A stretch of 64,000 nucleotides of DNA from an uncultured Gemmatimonadaceae bacterium (GTDB lineage: Bacteria > Gemmatimonadota > Gemmatimonadetes > Gemmatimonadales > Gemmatimonadaceae). The notes under the pieces are model-generated. The model saw nothing but the letters and a program-made list of their open reading frames with translations, was not told the origin of the DNA and did not search any database. Each line of letters begins with the position of its first letter. Within the stretch, counting starts at the first letter, position 1. The stretch spans positions 64,001-128,000 of the forward strand of contig CAWAGQ010000013.1 of NCBI GenBank assembly GCA_963781585.1, read 5' to 3'. Positions 44,519-53,998 of the stretch are shown here, one piece after another. A program made the translations under genes and the position numbers.

Positions 44519-45769
44519 CTACGCTTCCTTCTTCTGCCGCTTGGGCGCGATTTCGAGCATCGGAGGAGCGCCGTTGAGGATGCAGTTCTCGGTGACCTTG
44601 ACTTCCACCACATCCTCACGACTGGGCAGGTCGAACATCACGTCCAGCAGCACTTCCTCGAGGATCGCGCGAAGTCCCCGGGCACCGGTGCCGCGCTTCA
44701 GCGCCTTCTGCGCGACCGCCCGCAACCCGGACTCTTCGAACGTGATCCGCACGTTCTCGAACTCGAAGAGCTTGTGATACTGCTTGGTGAGGGCGTTCTT
44801 GGGTTCCTTCAGGATGCGAACCAGGGATTCCTCGTCGAGTGCCTCGAGGGGCACTACCACCGGAAGACGTCCCACCAGCTCGGGTATGAGGCCATAACGC
44901 AGGAGATCATCGGGCTCGATCTCGGCAAATGGATTGCGGGTGATCTTCTCGGCGCGCCCGCTCTCCAGATCCTCCTGCGTAAAGCCGATCTGTTTCCGGC
45001 CCGTTCTGGTCTCGATGATCTTGTCCAGTCCGTCGAAGGCACCGCCGCAAATGAAGAGTATGTCCTTCGTGTTGATCTGGATGTATTCCTGCTGCGGGTG
45101 TTTGCGGCCGCCCTGCGGCGGCACCGACGCGATCGTTCCCTCCAGGATCTTGAGGAGGGCCTGCTGCACGCCTTCGCCGGACACATCGCGCGTTATGCTC
45201 GGGTTCTCCGACTTTCGCGCGATCTTGTCGAGCTCGTCGATATAGACGATCCCGCGCTCACACTCTGCCACGTTGAAGTCGCCAGCCTGGAGCAGGCGAA
45301 CAAGGATGTTTTCCACGTCCTCGCCCACATATCCAGCTTCCGTGAGCGTGGTGGCGTCGGCAATGGTAAACGGGACGTCCAGGATCCGGGCCAGCGTCTG
45401 GGCGAGCAGCGTCTTGCCGACGCCTGTCGGGCCGAGCAGAAGGATGTTGCTCTTGTCGAGCTCGACATCGTTCTCGCGCGTATTGCCGGAATTGATACGC
45501 TTGTAGTGGTTGTAGACGGCGACCGAGAGCGCCTTTTTGGCGTGTTCCTGCCCGATCACGTACTGATCGAGCACGTCCTTGATTTCGGTCGGCGTGGGTA
45601 CCTGGGTGATAGCCTCCGCAACCTCGCGCTCCTCGTCCTCGGCAAGAATCTCGTTACAGAGCGCGATGCATTCATTGCAGATGTATACGGACGGACCGGA
45701 AATGAACTTCCGGACCGAGTCCTTCGACTTTCCGCAGAACGAGCAACGCAAGTGTTTGTCGTGCGACAT
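44519..45769 (-). CDS. clpX: ClpX ATPase
   Basis: [37 protein letters not shown] loop. Confidence 0.99.
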   Translation of the reverse strand: MSHDKHLRCSFCGKSKDSVRKFISGPSVYICNECIALCNEILAEDEEREVAEAITQVPTPTEIKDVLDQYVIGQEHAKKALSVAVYNHYKRINSGNTRENDVELDKSNILLLGPTGVGKTLLAQTLARILDVPFTIADATTLTEAGYVGEDVENILVRLLQAGDFNVAECERGIVYIDELDKIARKSENPSITRDVSGEGVQQALLKILEGTIASVPPQGGRKHPQQEYIQINTKDILFICGGAFDGLDKIIETRTGRKQIGFTQEDLESGRAEKITRNPFAEIEPDDLLRYGLIPELVGRLPVVVPLEALDEESLVRILKEPKNALTKQYHKLFEFENVRITFEESGLRAVAQKALKRGTGARGLRAILEEVLLDVMFDLPSREDVVEVKVTENCILNGAPPMLEIAPKRQKKEA

Positions 45770-45902
45770 AGGCTCTGGGGGTATCGGCCCGTCGCCGCCT
45801 CACCCAAGGCGGAGTACCTCGAAATAGACGCGTGGGGCGCCTCGCTAGCAATTGGGAGCGGGGGGTAACCGGCTTGCACCCCCTGCCGCGCCCTCCTTCT
45901 TT

Positions 45903-46532
45903 CTACCCGGTCGCCGCGGGCTGGCGCAAGGCCTCCTGCACCTCGTTTCGGCTCGCCACGATGTTGTCGATGATTCCGTAGTCCTTGGCCTCTTCCGCCG
46001 ACATGAAGCGGTCCCGGTCGACGTCGCGCTCGATCTGCTCCAACGGCCGTCCGGTGTGGTGGGCCATCAGCTCATTCATCTTGTTGCGCAAATAGAGAAT
46101 CTCGCGGGCCTGGATTTCGATGTCGGCGGCTGAACCCTGTGCCCCGCCCGAGGGCTGATGGATCATGATCCGCGAGTGGGGCAGCGCCGAGCGGCGGCCG
46201 GTGCGTCCGGCGGCCAGCAGGAAGGCCGCCATGCTGGCTGCCAATCCCATGCAGATCGTGTTCACAGGCGACTTCAGGAATTGCATCGTGTCGTAGATCG
46301 CGAGTCCCGCTGAGACCGATCCGCCCGGTGAGTTCACGTACACATGGATGTCCCGTTCGGGGTTGTCCGCGTCCAGGAAGAGGAGTTGGGCAATGACGAT
46401 GTTCGCGACGTCGTCATTGATCGGCGTCCCGAGGAAGACAATGCGGTCCATGAGTAGGCGACTGAAGATGTCGTATGTCCGCTCGCCGCGGCTGGACCGC
46501 TCGATCACATAGGGTGGATAGATCGTTGGCAT
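45903..46532 (-). CDS. clpP: ClpP peptidase
   Basis: DIFSRLL, NSPGG, AASM, IHQP. Confidence 0.99.
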   Translation of the reverse strand: MPTIYPPYVIERSSRGERTYDIFSRLLMDRIVFLGTPINDDVANIVIAQLLFLDADNPERDIHVYVNSPGGSVSAGLAIYDTMQFLKSPVNTICMGLAASMAAFLLAAGRTGRRSALPHSRIMIHQPSGGAQGSAADIEIQAREILYLRNKMNELMAHHTGRPLEQIERDVDRDRFMSAEEAKDYGIIDNIVASRNEVQEALRQPAATG

Positions 46533-46677
46533 GGTGGTCGGTCAGAAGGAGACAGTGATAGTTATGCGGGAGGCGGCGCAACCAGACGTGGCGCGGGCCA
46601 TCGGGATGCGGAAGCGGGGACGGCCGGGGCCATCGCCGTGGTCCGTTGACCCTTCACCCTAATGCGCGGGGGTTGCG

Positions 46678-47916
46678 TCATTCAACCGTGTTTCGCTCCA
46701 GAAGCCACTTGAAGACCTTTTCCTCCGTGATACCCCGCTCCAGTTCCTTGAGACGCCCAGCCTTTTCGAGGGAGGCGTACAGCTGCCCGGGATCCGAGCC
46801 GCGTTTCGCAGCAAGCTCGCTGATTTTTTCGTCCAATTCGCTCTCTTTTGCTGCCAGGCCTTCCCGGTCGGCGAGCGTCTCGATGATCAGGTCGCGTCGG
46901 ACCTGTCGCTCCGCCATGGGGCGGAACTGCCCGACGAAGCGCTCACGCTCCTGCTCGGGAATCTGGTAGCGCTCTGCGTACGCACTCACCAGCTGAGCGA
47001 CCCAGCTTGGCGGAACGTCGAACGCGTTCGCGCCGGCGATTTCGTCGACCAGCTTCTGCCGCATCTCGGCATCGGCTTCGCGGGTGGCTTCGCTGACCAG
47101 TTCGTCCCGTACGGTCGTCCGCAACGCGTCTGCCGACTCGAATTCGCCGACCGTGTGCGCGAACGCATCGTCCAGGGTGGGAAGCGATTTCCGCTTCACG
47201 TCGTTCAGAGTAACGCGCACGACTTTGGTGCGGGAGCGCTGCGATTCGTCGGGGAAGTCCTCGGGCCACTTGACCGGCTGTTCGACTGTCTCTCCCGGCC
47301 GGGCCGACATGATGAGCTCCTCCACGCCGGCGATGGCCTGGCCTCCTCCCAGCACGAGTCGGAACTCCTTTCCTTCCGGCATCTGCCCGGATTCGTCGGC
47401 CGTGGACAGGACGACGGAAACCAGATCGCCCTCCTTCGGTTTGTCCTCCACGGGCGCCCACGAGGCGTGCTGCTCGCGAAGGGCGTCGACCTGCTCCTGG
47501 ACCTGCTCGTCCGAGACGACGCGTTCTGTGCGGGTTACCCGGAAGCCGTGGGTCCGCTCGAGCGCAATCTCGGGGCGCACCTCCAGGTGCAGCTCGAACG
47601 TGAGCGGCTCTCCCTCAGCGAACTTGAGGTCATGGACGTGCGGCTGGGCGGCCAGCTTGAGCGTGCCGTCTTCCATGACCTGCTTGTACGCCTCCTGGAT
47701 CAGCGACTCGACCGCCTCCTGGCGGATCGCCTCCCCATAGCGCTTGAGGACCATGGCGGGAGGCGCCTTGCCGGGACGAAAGCCGGGCAGGCGGACGGTC
47801 GACGCATATCGACGTGCGGCGCGCTCCTGGGCTTGTCGCACAGCGTCTGCAGGGACTTCCACCTGCAGCAGGCGTTCGACGCCCTCGGACTTCTTCGGAG
47901 TGATCTGGATAGCCAT
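46678..47916 (-). CDS. tig: Trigger factor
   Basis: GFRPGKAP signature; FKBP-like middle domain; upstream of clpP. Confidence 0.96.
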   Translation of the reverse strand: MAIQITPKKSEGVERLLQVEVPADAVRQAQERAARRYASTVRLPGFRPGKAPPAMVLKRYGEAIRQEAVESLIQEAYKQVMEDGTLKLAAQPHVHDLKFAEGEPLTFELHLEVRPEIALERTHGFRVTRTERVVSDEQVQEQVDALREQHASWAPVEDKPKEGDLVSVVLSTADESGQMPEGKEFRLVLGGGQAIAGVEELIMSARPGETVEQPVKWPEDFPDESQRSRTKVVRVTLNDVKRKSLPTLDDAFAHTVGEFESADALRTTVRDELVSEATREADAEMRQKLVDEIAGANAFDVPPSWVAQLVSAYAERYQIPEQERERFVGQFRPMAERQVRRDLIIETLADREGLAAKESELDEKISELAAKRGSDPGQLYASLEKAGRLKELERGITEEKVFKWLLERNTVE

Positions 47917-47987
47917 CGGCGTGGTCGACTTGCGGCGGGGCGAGCCACCGAGTGGCGGAGCCCCGCGGGTTGCCGGTCGCCAAGAAG

Positions 47988-49538
47988 TTAACGGCTGGCG
48001 CGAGCCGCTGGTACGCGGTCCGGGGCGACCCGGGAGCGGTTCGCAGGAGGGCGACCGCCACCGGCCGCGTCCGCAGGTCCGATCATCGCGGCCACGAGCT
48101 TGGCGGAGCTCAGGACCCCGGGGATCCCCGGTCCCGGATGCGTGCCTGCGCCCACAAAGTACAGGTGCTGCACATCGGCACTTGCGTTATGAGGGCGAAA
48201 CCACGCCGACTGGGTGAGCAGCGGCTCGAGCAGGAAGGCGCTTCCGAACGGGCTGTTCATCTGGTCCCGGAAATACCGCGGATCGATTCGCATCTCGCAG
48301 ACGATGTGCTTCGACAGCTCCGGCAGGTATCGCGCTTCCAGGTACCTGACGATCCGGTCGCGCATGACGTCGCCCGCCCGCTCCCAGTCCACCCTTCCGT
48401 CCAGAAGCGGGACGGGCGCCAGCGCGTACCAGGTATCGCAACCTGGCGGAGCCAGCGACGGATCGGTCGCGGTGGGATGGTGCAGGTACAGGGAGAAATC
48501 GGGCGCGAGACGCTTGTGGCGGAAGACATCGTCCAGCAGGGCGGCGTACCGCGGCCCCATCAGAATCTCGTGGTGCGCGCGATCGGGGTAACGCCGGTCG
48601 GTGCCGAAATAGAGCACGAACAGGGACATGCCGTACTGGCGCCGTGCCACCTCTGAGGAGCCGGCGTCCCGACGGACGCGGGTGGGGACGAGATTCTCCC
48701 AGGTCCATCCGGGGTCGGCGTTGCTCACGACCGCGTCGGCAGGGACTTGCTCCCCGTTCGACAGCCGAACGCCCCCCACGCGTCGGGTCCGGGCATCGAC
48801 CAGGATCTCCTCGACCGTTGAGCCCAGGCGCAAATCGCCGCCCATCTTCCGGAACAGGGTGACCATCGCGTGTACCAGGGCGCCGGTCCCCCCGCGCACG
48901 TACCACACGCCGAACCGCCGCTCGAGCTCGGGAATAAGAGCGTAGATGGCCGGTGCGGTGAACGGATTGCCGCCAATGAGCAGGGGATGAAAGCTGAAGA
49001 CCTGCCGCAATCGAGCGTCGGCGACGTGGCGATTGACCAGCGACGCTACCGACCTCCACGCCCGCGTGCGGAGAAGGGAGGGCGCGAGTCGCATCATTCC
49101 AGCGAGCGAACCCATGGGCTGGTCGATGAGCGGCATCGCCACCTCGAAGATGCGACGTTCAGCGGCGGTCAATCGCCGGTAGCCCGCCAGGTCCCCGGGA
49201 TTGAAAGCCTCGACCTGCCGGAGCATCTCCTCCTCACTGCCGGAGCGATCGAAAGTCGAGCCGTCCTCGAAGCAGACCCGATAGAAGGGATCGAGTGGAA
49301 CCGTGGTGACGTAGTCCCGACGGTCACAGGCGCATTCGCTGAAGAGCTCGTCGATGAACTGCGGTGCGGTGATGATCGTGGGTCCGGCGTCGAACACGAA
49401 GCCGTCGCGCACAAAGACGCGCGCACGGCCGCCGGCGGTGTCGTGGCGCTCCAGCACGGTGACGTTGTGACCAAGTGCGCGAAGGCGAAGGGCGGCCGCC
49501 AGTCCTCCGAGCCCGCTTCCGACGACGACGATTCTCAC
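47988..49538 (-). CDS. crtI: Phytoene desaturase
   Basis: VGSGLGGL, GGRA, FDAGPT, FRPHN, VGAGTHPGPGIPGV; GTGA overlap with the upstream stop. Confidence 0.93.
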   Translation of the reverse strand: MRIVVVGSGLGGLAAALRLRALGHNVTVLERHDTAGGRARVFVRDGFVFDAGPTIITAPQFIDELFSECACDRRDYVTTVPLDPFYRVCFEDGSTFDRSGSEEEMLRQVEAFNPGDLAGYRRLTAAERRIFEVAMPLIDQPMGSLAGMMRLAPSLLRTRAWRSVASLVNRHVADARLRQVFSFHPLLIGGNPFTAPAIYALIPELERRFGVWYVRGGTGALVHAMVTLFRKMGGDLRLGSTVEEILVDARTRRVGGVRLSNGEQVPADAVVSNADPGWTWENLVPTRVRRDAGSSEVARRQYGMSLFVLYFGTDRRYPDRAHHEILMGPRYAALLDDVFRHKRLAPDFSLYLHHPTATDPSLAPPGCDTWYALAPVPLLDGRVDWERAGDVMRDRIVRYLEARYLPELSKHIVCEMRIDPRYFRDQMNSPFGSAFLLEPLLTQSAWFRPHNASADVQHLYFVGAGTHPGPGIPGVLSSAKLVAAMIGPADAAGGGRPPANRSRVAPDRVPAARASR

Positions 49539-50587
49539 GCCAGTTGCTCGCGACGATCCGCGAGGTGAGCCAGCTGCGCCCACGAGCGTGCGGGGTCAGC
49601 GAGCGCGAGCGCGGTCGGTACCAGCATTGCGGTTGCGCCGAGCGCGGCTGCCCACCAGAGTCCGTGGCGCAGGCAGATCGCGACTGGCATGATCCCGTTG
49701 ACCGCGTAGAGGAGAACAAAGAACCGCGAGCGTCCCAGTCGTTCGGCCACCAGGGAGGGTGGTGTCACCCAAAGCATCACACGCGCGATGATGGTTCCAG
49801 TGACATACCAGCCGAGCCAGTTGCTGACCGGCATGCCGTAGAACGCGTTGCCCGAGAAGAAGGTCGACACCCAACCGGGCAGCCCGGCGTCGTGAAACAT
49901 TTGACCGGCTCCCCAGCTCCAGTGCGCCATTCGCACCATGGCGGGATCCATGGAGATGTCCCAGGCCACGAGCACGGCACCAGCGAGCGCGGCCCACCGC
50001 CACCTCGCCGCCGCGTTGTCGGCGGCGCGAACGCGCCGGCTGACGATGGTGAGACAACCGACGAGCATGTAGAACCATGACACCGGTATGGGGAACGGGA
50101 CCAGGCCCAGAACACGGTAGCCCAGCAGCGACGAGTAGTGGTATTCCCCGAACGGGAGTGCGGTGCTCGTTCCGATGAGTTCAGCGCTCAGTGAGATGCC
50201 GGCACCCGCGACGAACAGTGTCAGGGCGCGTCGCGCGCCGAGTGCTCGTGCGAGAAAGGCGAGCGCTGCCAATGCGCCGAGAAGCACGTAGAGCGGCCCC
50301 GAGAATCGCCATCCGAGACGCATGACGGTCGCTGCCGGCTCCTGCAGCACCCAGGCGCCCGGGGGTCGACTGAGGATGGTCACCATCGCGGTCGTCGAGA
50401 ACGCGATGAGCGTCACGTGAGCGGTGAAGAGACCGATGGCGAGGCCGGGGCGTCGTGCGCGCACCTCGGGGCCGGTGAAGGGGAGGGGTGACGAGGGAGA
50501 CGTTGCCGAGCTCGGGGCTCGCGCAGCGTCGGCGAAGCCCGGCGGTGCGGAGGTCTCCGTGCCATGTGGGTTGCCGGCTCGTGTCAA
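49535..50587 (-). CDS. cruF: Carotenoid biosynthesis membrane protein (CruF-like 1,2-hydratase)
   Basis: ELIG..PFGEYHY, P..IP.SW, WD..MDP, W.W, FYGMP.SN.LGW; TTG start after GAGGA. Confidence 0.75.
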   Translation of the reverse strand: MTRAGNPHGTETSAPPGFADAARAPSSATSPSSPLPFTGPEVRARRPGLAIGLFTAHVTLIAFSTTAMVTILSRPPGAWVLQEPAATVMRLGWRFSGPLYVLLGALAALAFLARALGARRALTLFVAGAGISLSAELIGTSTALPFGEYHYSSLLGYRVLGLVPFPIPVSWFYMLVGCLTIVSRRVRAADNAAARWRWAALAGAVLVAWDISMDPAMVRMAHWSWGAGQMFHDAGLPGWVSTFFSGNAFYGMPVSNWLGWYVTGTIIARVMLWVTPPSLVAERLGRSRFFVLLYAVNGIMPVAICLRHGLWWAAALGATAMLVPTALALADPARSWAQLAHLADRREQLA

Positions 50588-50594
50588 CCGGTCC

Positions 50595-51527
50595 TCACAC
50601 GGTTGCGTGCGACGTGCGGCGTGCAGCGTCGGGGGCCATTGACACCGGCGGGAGTTCGGGCAGCCGCCGGGTCCAGGCGCGTACCAGGACGCGCAGCAGT
50701 TCCGTGCGGCGGACAACCGCGCGCCGGGAGAACGAGTCGAATTCGATTGCCTCAATCGCCGCGAGGATCCCGGCATAGCCGGAAGCGCAGGCGAGGGCAC
50801 AGCGCTGCGCGTCAGATTGAAGCAGCGCAATTCCAGGTGTGGCGGCTCGATAGAGTTCACGGGCCCGCGCGATCTGGAATCGCATCAGGGCGCGCCACGA
50901 TGCGACCGCGCGGACGGCGGTGCCGTCGAGGACCTGTTCGCGCGACAGGGAGAAACGCCGCAGGTCCTCATCGGGAAGATAGACGCGGCCGCGCGCGGCA
51001 TCCTCCCCGACGTCGCGGAGTATGTTGGTCAACTGCATCGCGAGTCCGAGCGTGCGCGCGTGTCCGAGGGCGCGCTCGCGTTCGTCGGCGCCCCCGGTCG
51101 TGCCGAAGACGGCGGTGCACATCTCGCCCACGCTGCTGGCGACAGCGCGGCAGTAGCGCTCGAGATCGTTCCAGGTCGCGTAATGCGCGTACGAAAGGTC
51201 CCGCTCGACGCCGGCGAGAAGTGCTTCGAACGGCGCCCGCGGAATCTCGAAGCGGGCCATGGCGCGCAGGAGCTCGCGAAGCACCTCGTCCCGCGGCGTC
51301 TGGTGCATCGCCGCATGGAACGCATTCCGGTACTCCCGCAGTCGCGAGAGCGCGGTGGCCGCACCCTGCGGATCCGTCGCCAGGTCGACGATATCGTCTG
51401 CGGTACGGCAGAATGCGTAGACGGCATACACGCCACGCCGTTTGTGGCGTGGAAGCAGCCGGCTCGCCAGCGCAAAGGTCCGTGCGTGGCGGAGCACCAT
51501 CCGCTTGCAGCTGGCGGCATCGTTCAC
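50595..51527 (-). CDS. crtB: Phytoene synthase
   Basis: ARTF..ASRLLP, VYAFCRTADDIVD, YC..VASSVG, QLTNILRDVGED..RGRVYLP; GTG 51527 inferred as start. Confidence 0.93.
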   Translation of the reverse strand: MNDAASCKRMVLRHARTFALASRLLPRHKRRGVYAVYAFCRTADDIVDLATDPQGAATALSRLREYRNAFHAAMHQTPRDEVLRELLRAMARFEIPRAPFEALLAGVERDLSYAHYATWNDLERYCRAVASSVGEMCTAVFGTTGGADERERALGHARTLGLAMQLTNILRDVGEDAARGRVYLPDEDLRRFSLSREQVLDGTAVRAVASWRALMRFQIARARELYRAATPGIALLQSDAQRCALACASGYAGILAAIEAIEFDSFSRRAVVRRTELLRVLVRAWTRRLPELPPVSMAPDAARRTSHATV

Positions 51528-51529
51528 GA

Positions 51530-51577
51530 TGCGGAAGGGGGGACTCGAACCCCCACGGTTGTCCCACGGGATCCTAA
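51530..51577 (-). pseudogene. Orphan 3' half of a tRNA-Leu(TAG); attachment-site remnant
   Basis: Minus strand TTAGGA-TCCCG-variable arm-GGGGG TTCGAGT CCCCC-CTTCCGC-A; no matching 5' half seen in the window. Confidence 0.88.
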
Positions 51578-51596
51578 AAATTATTTCCCCTTCTAG

Positions 51597-51681
51597 TGCG
51601 GGCGGAGGGATTTGAACCCACAAGTCCTTTTGGGACAACGGCTCCTAAGGCCGTCGCGTATGCCAGTTCCGCCACGCCCGC
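51597..51681 (-). tRNA. tRNA-Leu(TAG), complete, 85 nt, CCA not encoded
   Basis: GCGGGCG/CGCCCGC acceptor stem, D-loop with TGG, ACGGC-CTTAGGA-GCCGT anticodon arm, long variable arm, GTGGG-TTCAAAT-CCCTC, discriminator A. Confidence 0.95.
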
Positions 51682-51697
51682 GCTTCGATTTTTCGCC

Positions 51698-51737
51698 TAG
51701 TGTCCCTCTTGGTGTCCCTCTCGTCTAGTGGCACCCT
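51698..51737. repeat. Tandem 12-bp repeats, candidate integrase arm-type sites
   Basis: TAGTGTCCCTCT (51698), TGGTGTCCCTCT (51710), degenerate TAGTGGCACCCT (51726). Confidence 0.6.
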
Positions 51738-51740
51738 GGA

Positions 51741-51749
51741 ATTCTAACA
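51741..51749 (-). promoter_or_regulatory. Extended -10 promoter candidate for the element-borne tRNA
   Basis: Minus strand TG-T-TAGAAT, about 60 nt upstream of the tRNA 5' end. Confidence 0.45.
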
Positions 51750-52414
51750 GGGCGGCGAAGAACAAGGCGACACCTGGGTCTGACACAGCCCCGTGTTTTA
51801 CCCCCATGCGATTTTACCCGAACTTCCGCGAACAACCTTCACGGGAGTTGTTGTGATGGCCAAAAGAGATAAAGAGAAGACTGGGGATTGCGCCGGAGAA
51901 CGGACTACTAAGGGTCACGTCATGTACGGCGTCGGCAAGTCAACGACGAGACATACGTCATCACGCGCCTGACGCCTCGGTACGCCCAGTACATGCTCGC
52001 GCTCACGCTTGATCGTGGCGATGCCATTGTGCTATCGGCAGACAATGAGGGGAACCTGCTACTGAGGGCGGCTTCGACCAGTGGGCGTTCGACTCGTTTC
52101 AGGATGCCTATCTCTGTGCGCGGGACCTCCTCGGCGTCGGTAATCCGGGGTTTGCGGCAACGTCGTGGTCGAGGACTGGAAATCGGAAGGCGAAAACGAA
52201 CGCCGAACCGGCATGGCGGACCTTGATCGTTCGCAAGCTCGAAGCGTTGATCGCCGACACGGAACGGAAGATGAAGGAAGAACAGGCAGCACAAAGCAAT
52301 ATCGCCTAACGTCATACGTCTGCGTGGCTTTGGTGTCCCATTGGGGTAAGATTTGACTATCAGCTCGTTAGGCGCTCGACCCTCAGTCGGACACCAATCA
52401 GCCACGGAGGTCAG

Positions 52415-53860
52415 ATGATCAAGAAACTCTCACCACCACCCACGGAATCGCCGCTCGGTCGTCGAGAGCGCGGGCACGGAAAACTCGTGTGCTGGCCGTA
52501 CCGCACGCCGGCTGACCGTCTCGCGGGCGTCGCCGTTCCATATGGATACGACGCGCGAGGCCGGGCGCTGTGGAAGTTCGTCCTCCGGCTCGACGGTAAG
52601 GCGGTCGTGATCCCAGCCCGTGACTGGCCGCACGCCAACAACGAGTCGCTGAAACGCCTCGGCAAGTGGGATGAGATCGTTGCCGCGAAGGCGGCGAGGA
52701 AAGAAGCGCGCAAGGCTCGGATCACCGGCATAGCCGCCAGTGAGGGATGGAGGTACGCCGACCTGACGCGCGAATGGCTAGCCCACAAGCATCAGCAGGG
52801 CAGGGCACGGCCCTCGACGCTCGCGGGGTACGCGGACGACCTCAAGCGTCACTTCGACCCGTTCTTCAACGTGAAGCTCGACAACCCGGCGCTCGCCGAA
52901 ATCACGCCGGTTGCCATTTCGGCTTTTCGTGCCGCAGTCACGGGGGCAAAGGGTGACCGGCGTCGCGAGAAATGGAACAAGCTGTTTTCACGAGGTTGGG
53001 AGATCTTTGAGTTCGCCCGCGCTCTCGGGAAGATCGACCGCAACCCGTGGATCGCGCCCGTTCATCGCTATCCCGAGCGAACCCGCGACGCGGAGCAGCA
53101 GACCACTGTAATTCCGGCGACGCAGTTGGATCTGATCCTCGACGAGGCCGAGAAGCTCGATGACCCTCGCGTTTCCGTCGCGGTGCTACTCGCTGGGTAC
53201 GGCGGCCTTCGGCTCGACGAGATGACGCACGTTCGCGTCGGCGACCTCACCGTCACCGACACGCTGGTGGATCTGAAGGTAACCAGTGGCTTTCCCTGCT
53301 CGTGCTCATCGTGCGCGAAGGACGGCAACAAGCACCTGACGAAAAATGGGACGACGCGCTACGTGCCGTTCTTGCCTGAGCACGGACAACGGTTCGCTGC
53401 ACATGTCGAACGGCTTCGCACCGCCGGCGTGAGCGGTCCCGAGACGTGGCTGCTCGCCTGCCTCGAACGGCAGCGTCGGTCGAAAGCGAAGCCGGGCAAC
53501 ATGGTCAGGCGCGATACCATCGCGGGAGCGGTCGAGGGACTCGTCGCACGGACGCTCGGTCTCGCGCCGGTCGTCTCGAAAAAGAAGGCCAAAAACAAGT
53601 CCGGACAGATCCGCGATGTGACGCGGACGCGCTACAAGCTGCCGAAGGGAGAGCGCATCCACGTACTACGCCACGCGGCGCGGACTCGGCTCTCGCATCT
53701 CGGCCTGCCGAGCGAGACCATAGACCTCATCATGGGTCACCGGCTCACGGGGATGCGCGGCACGTACACGCATCAGGACCGCGCTGCCGCGTATCGGCTC
53801 CTCTGCGAGAAAGCAGGCAGGAATCTTCCGAGCCCGGTGCAACTCGTCCGGAGCGCCTAA
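52415..53860 (+). CDS. Tyrosine recombinase/integrase
   Basis: GGAGG RBS; GLRLDE (R), TKNG (K), HVLRH, MGH....GTY catalytic residues; adjacent to the att site. Confidence 0.93.
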   Translation: MIKKLSPPPTESPLGRRERGHGKLVCWPYRTPADRLAGVAVPYGYDARGRALWKFVLRLDGKAVVIPARDWPHANNESLKRLGKWDEIVAAKAARKEARKARITGIAASEGWRYADLTREWLAHKHQQGRARPSTLAGYADDLKRHFDPFFNVKLDNPALAEITPVAISAFRAAVTGAKGDRRREKWNKLFSRGWEIFEFARALGKIDRNPWIAPVHRYPERTRDAEQQTTVIPATQLDLILDEAEKLDDPRVSVAVLLAGYGGLRLDEMTHVRVGDLTVTDTLVDLKVTSGFPCSCSSCAKDGNKHLTKNGTTRYVPFLPEHGQRFAAHVERLRTAGVSGPETWLLACLERQRRSKAKPGNMVRRDTIAGAVEGLVARTLGLAPVVSKKKAKNKSGQIRDVTRTRYKLPKGERIHVLRHAARTRLSHLGLPSETIDLIMGHRLTGMRGTYTHQDRAAAYRLLCEKAGRNLPSPVQLVRSA

Positions 53861-53941
53861 CGCCGACTCACCATCAGGTGAATACAAGGGCGTATATTTG
53901 ACTACATCGTAAATGGCTGGGCGCATCGCCAGCCCACCACG

Positions 53942-53984
53942 GAGCCGGGTGACGGGGGAGCCCTCGTTCCCCGGCTCTCTTTAT
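53942..53984 (+). terminator. GC-rich hairpin with T-rich tail downstream of the integrase
   Basis: GAGCCGGG...CCCGGCTC outer stem, inner GACGGGG/CCTCGTT stem, then TCTTTAT. Confidence 0.5.
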
Positions 53985-53998
53985 CACCGGAGTAATGC

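Noticed and set aside
51528..51638. N-terminal extension of crtB in the ORF track
   Set aside because: It reads through tRNA sequences.
51900..52300. Short ORFs between the tRNA and integrase (51993-52226 +, 51920-52405 -)
   Set aside because: No clear RBS or recognisable motif; cannot choose a frame from sequence alone.
52415..53860. Integron integrase call
   Set aside because: Long N-terminal arm-like region, tRNA att site and no cassette array fit a phage/island integrase better.
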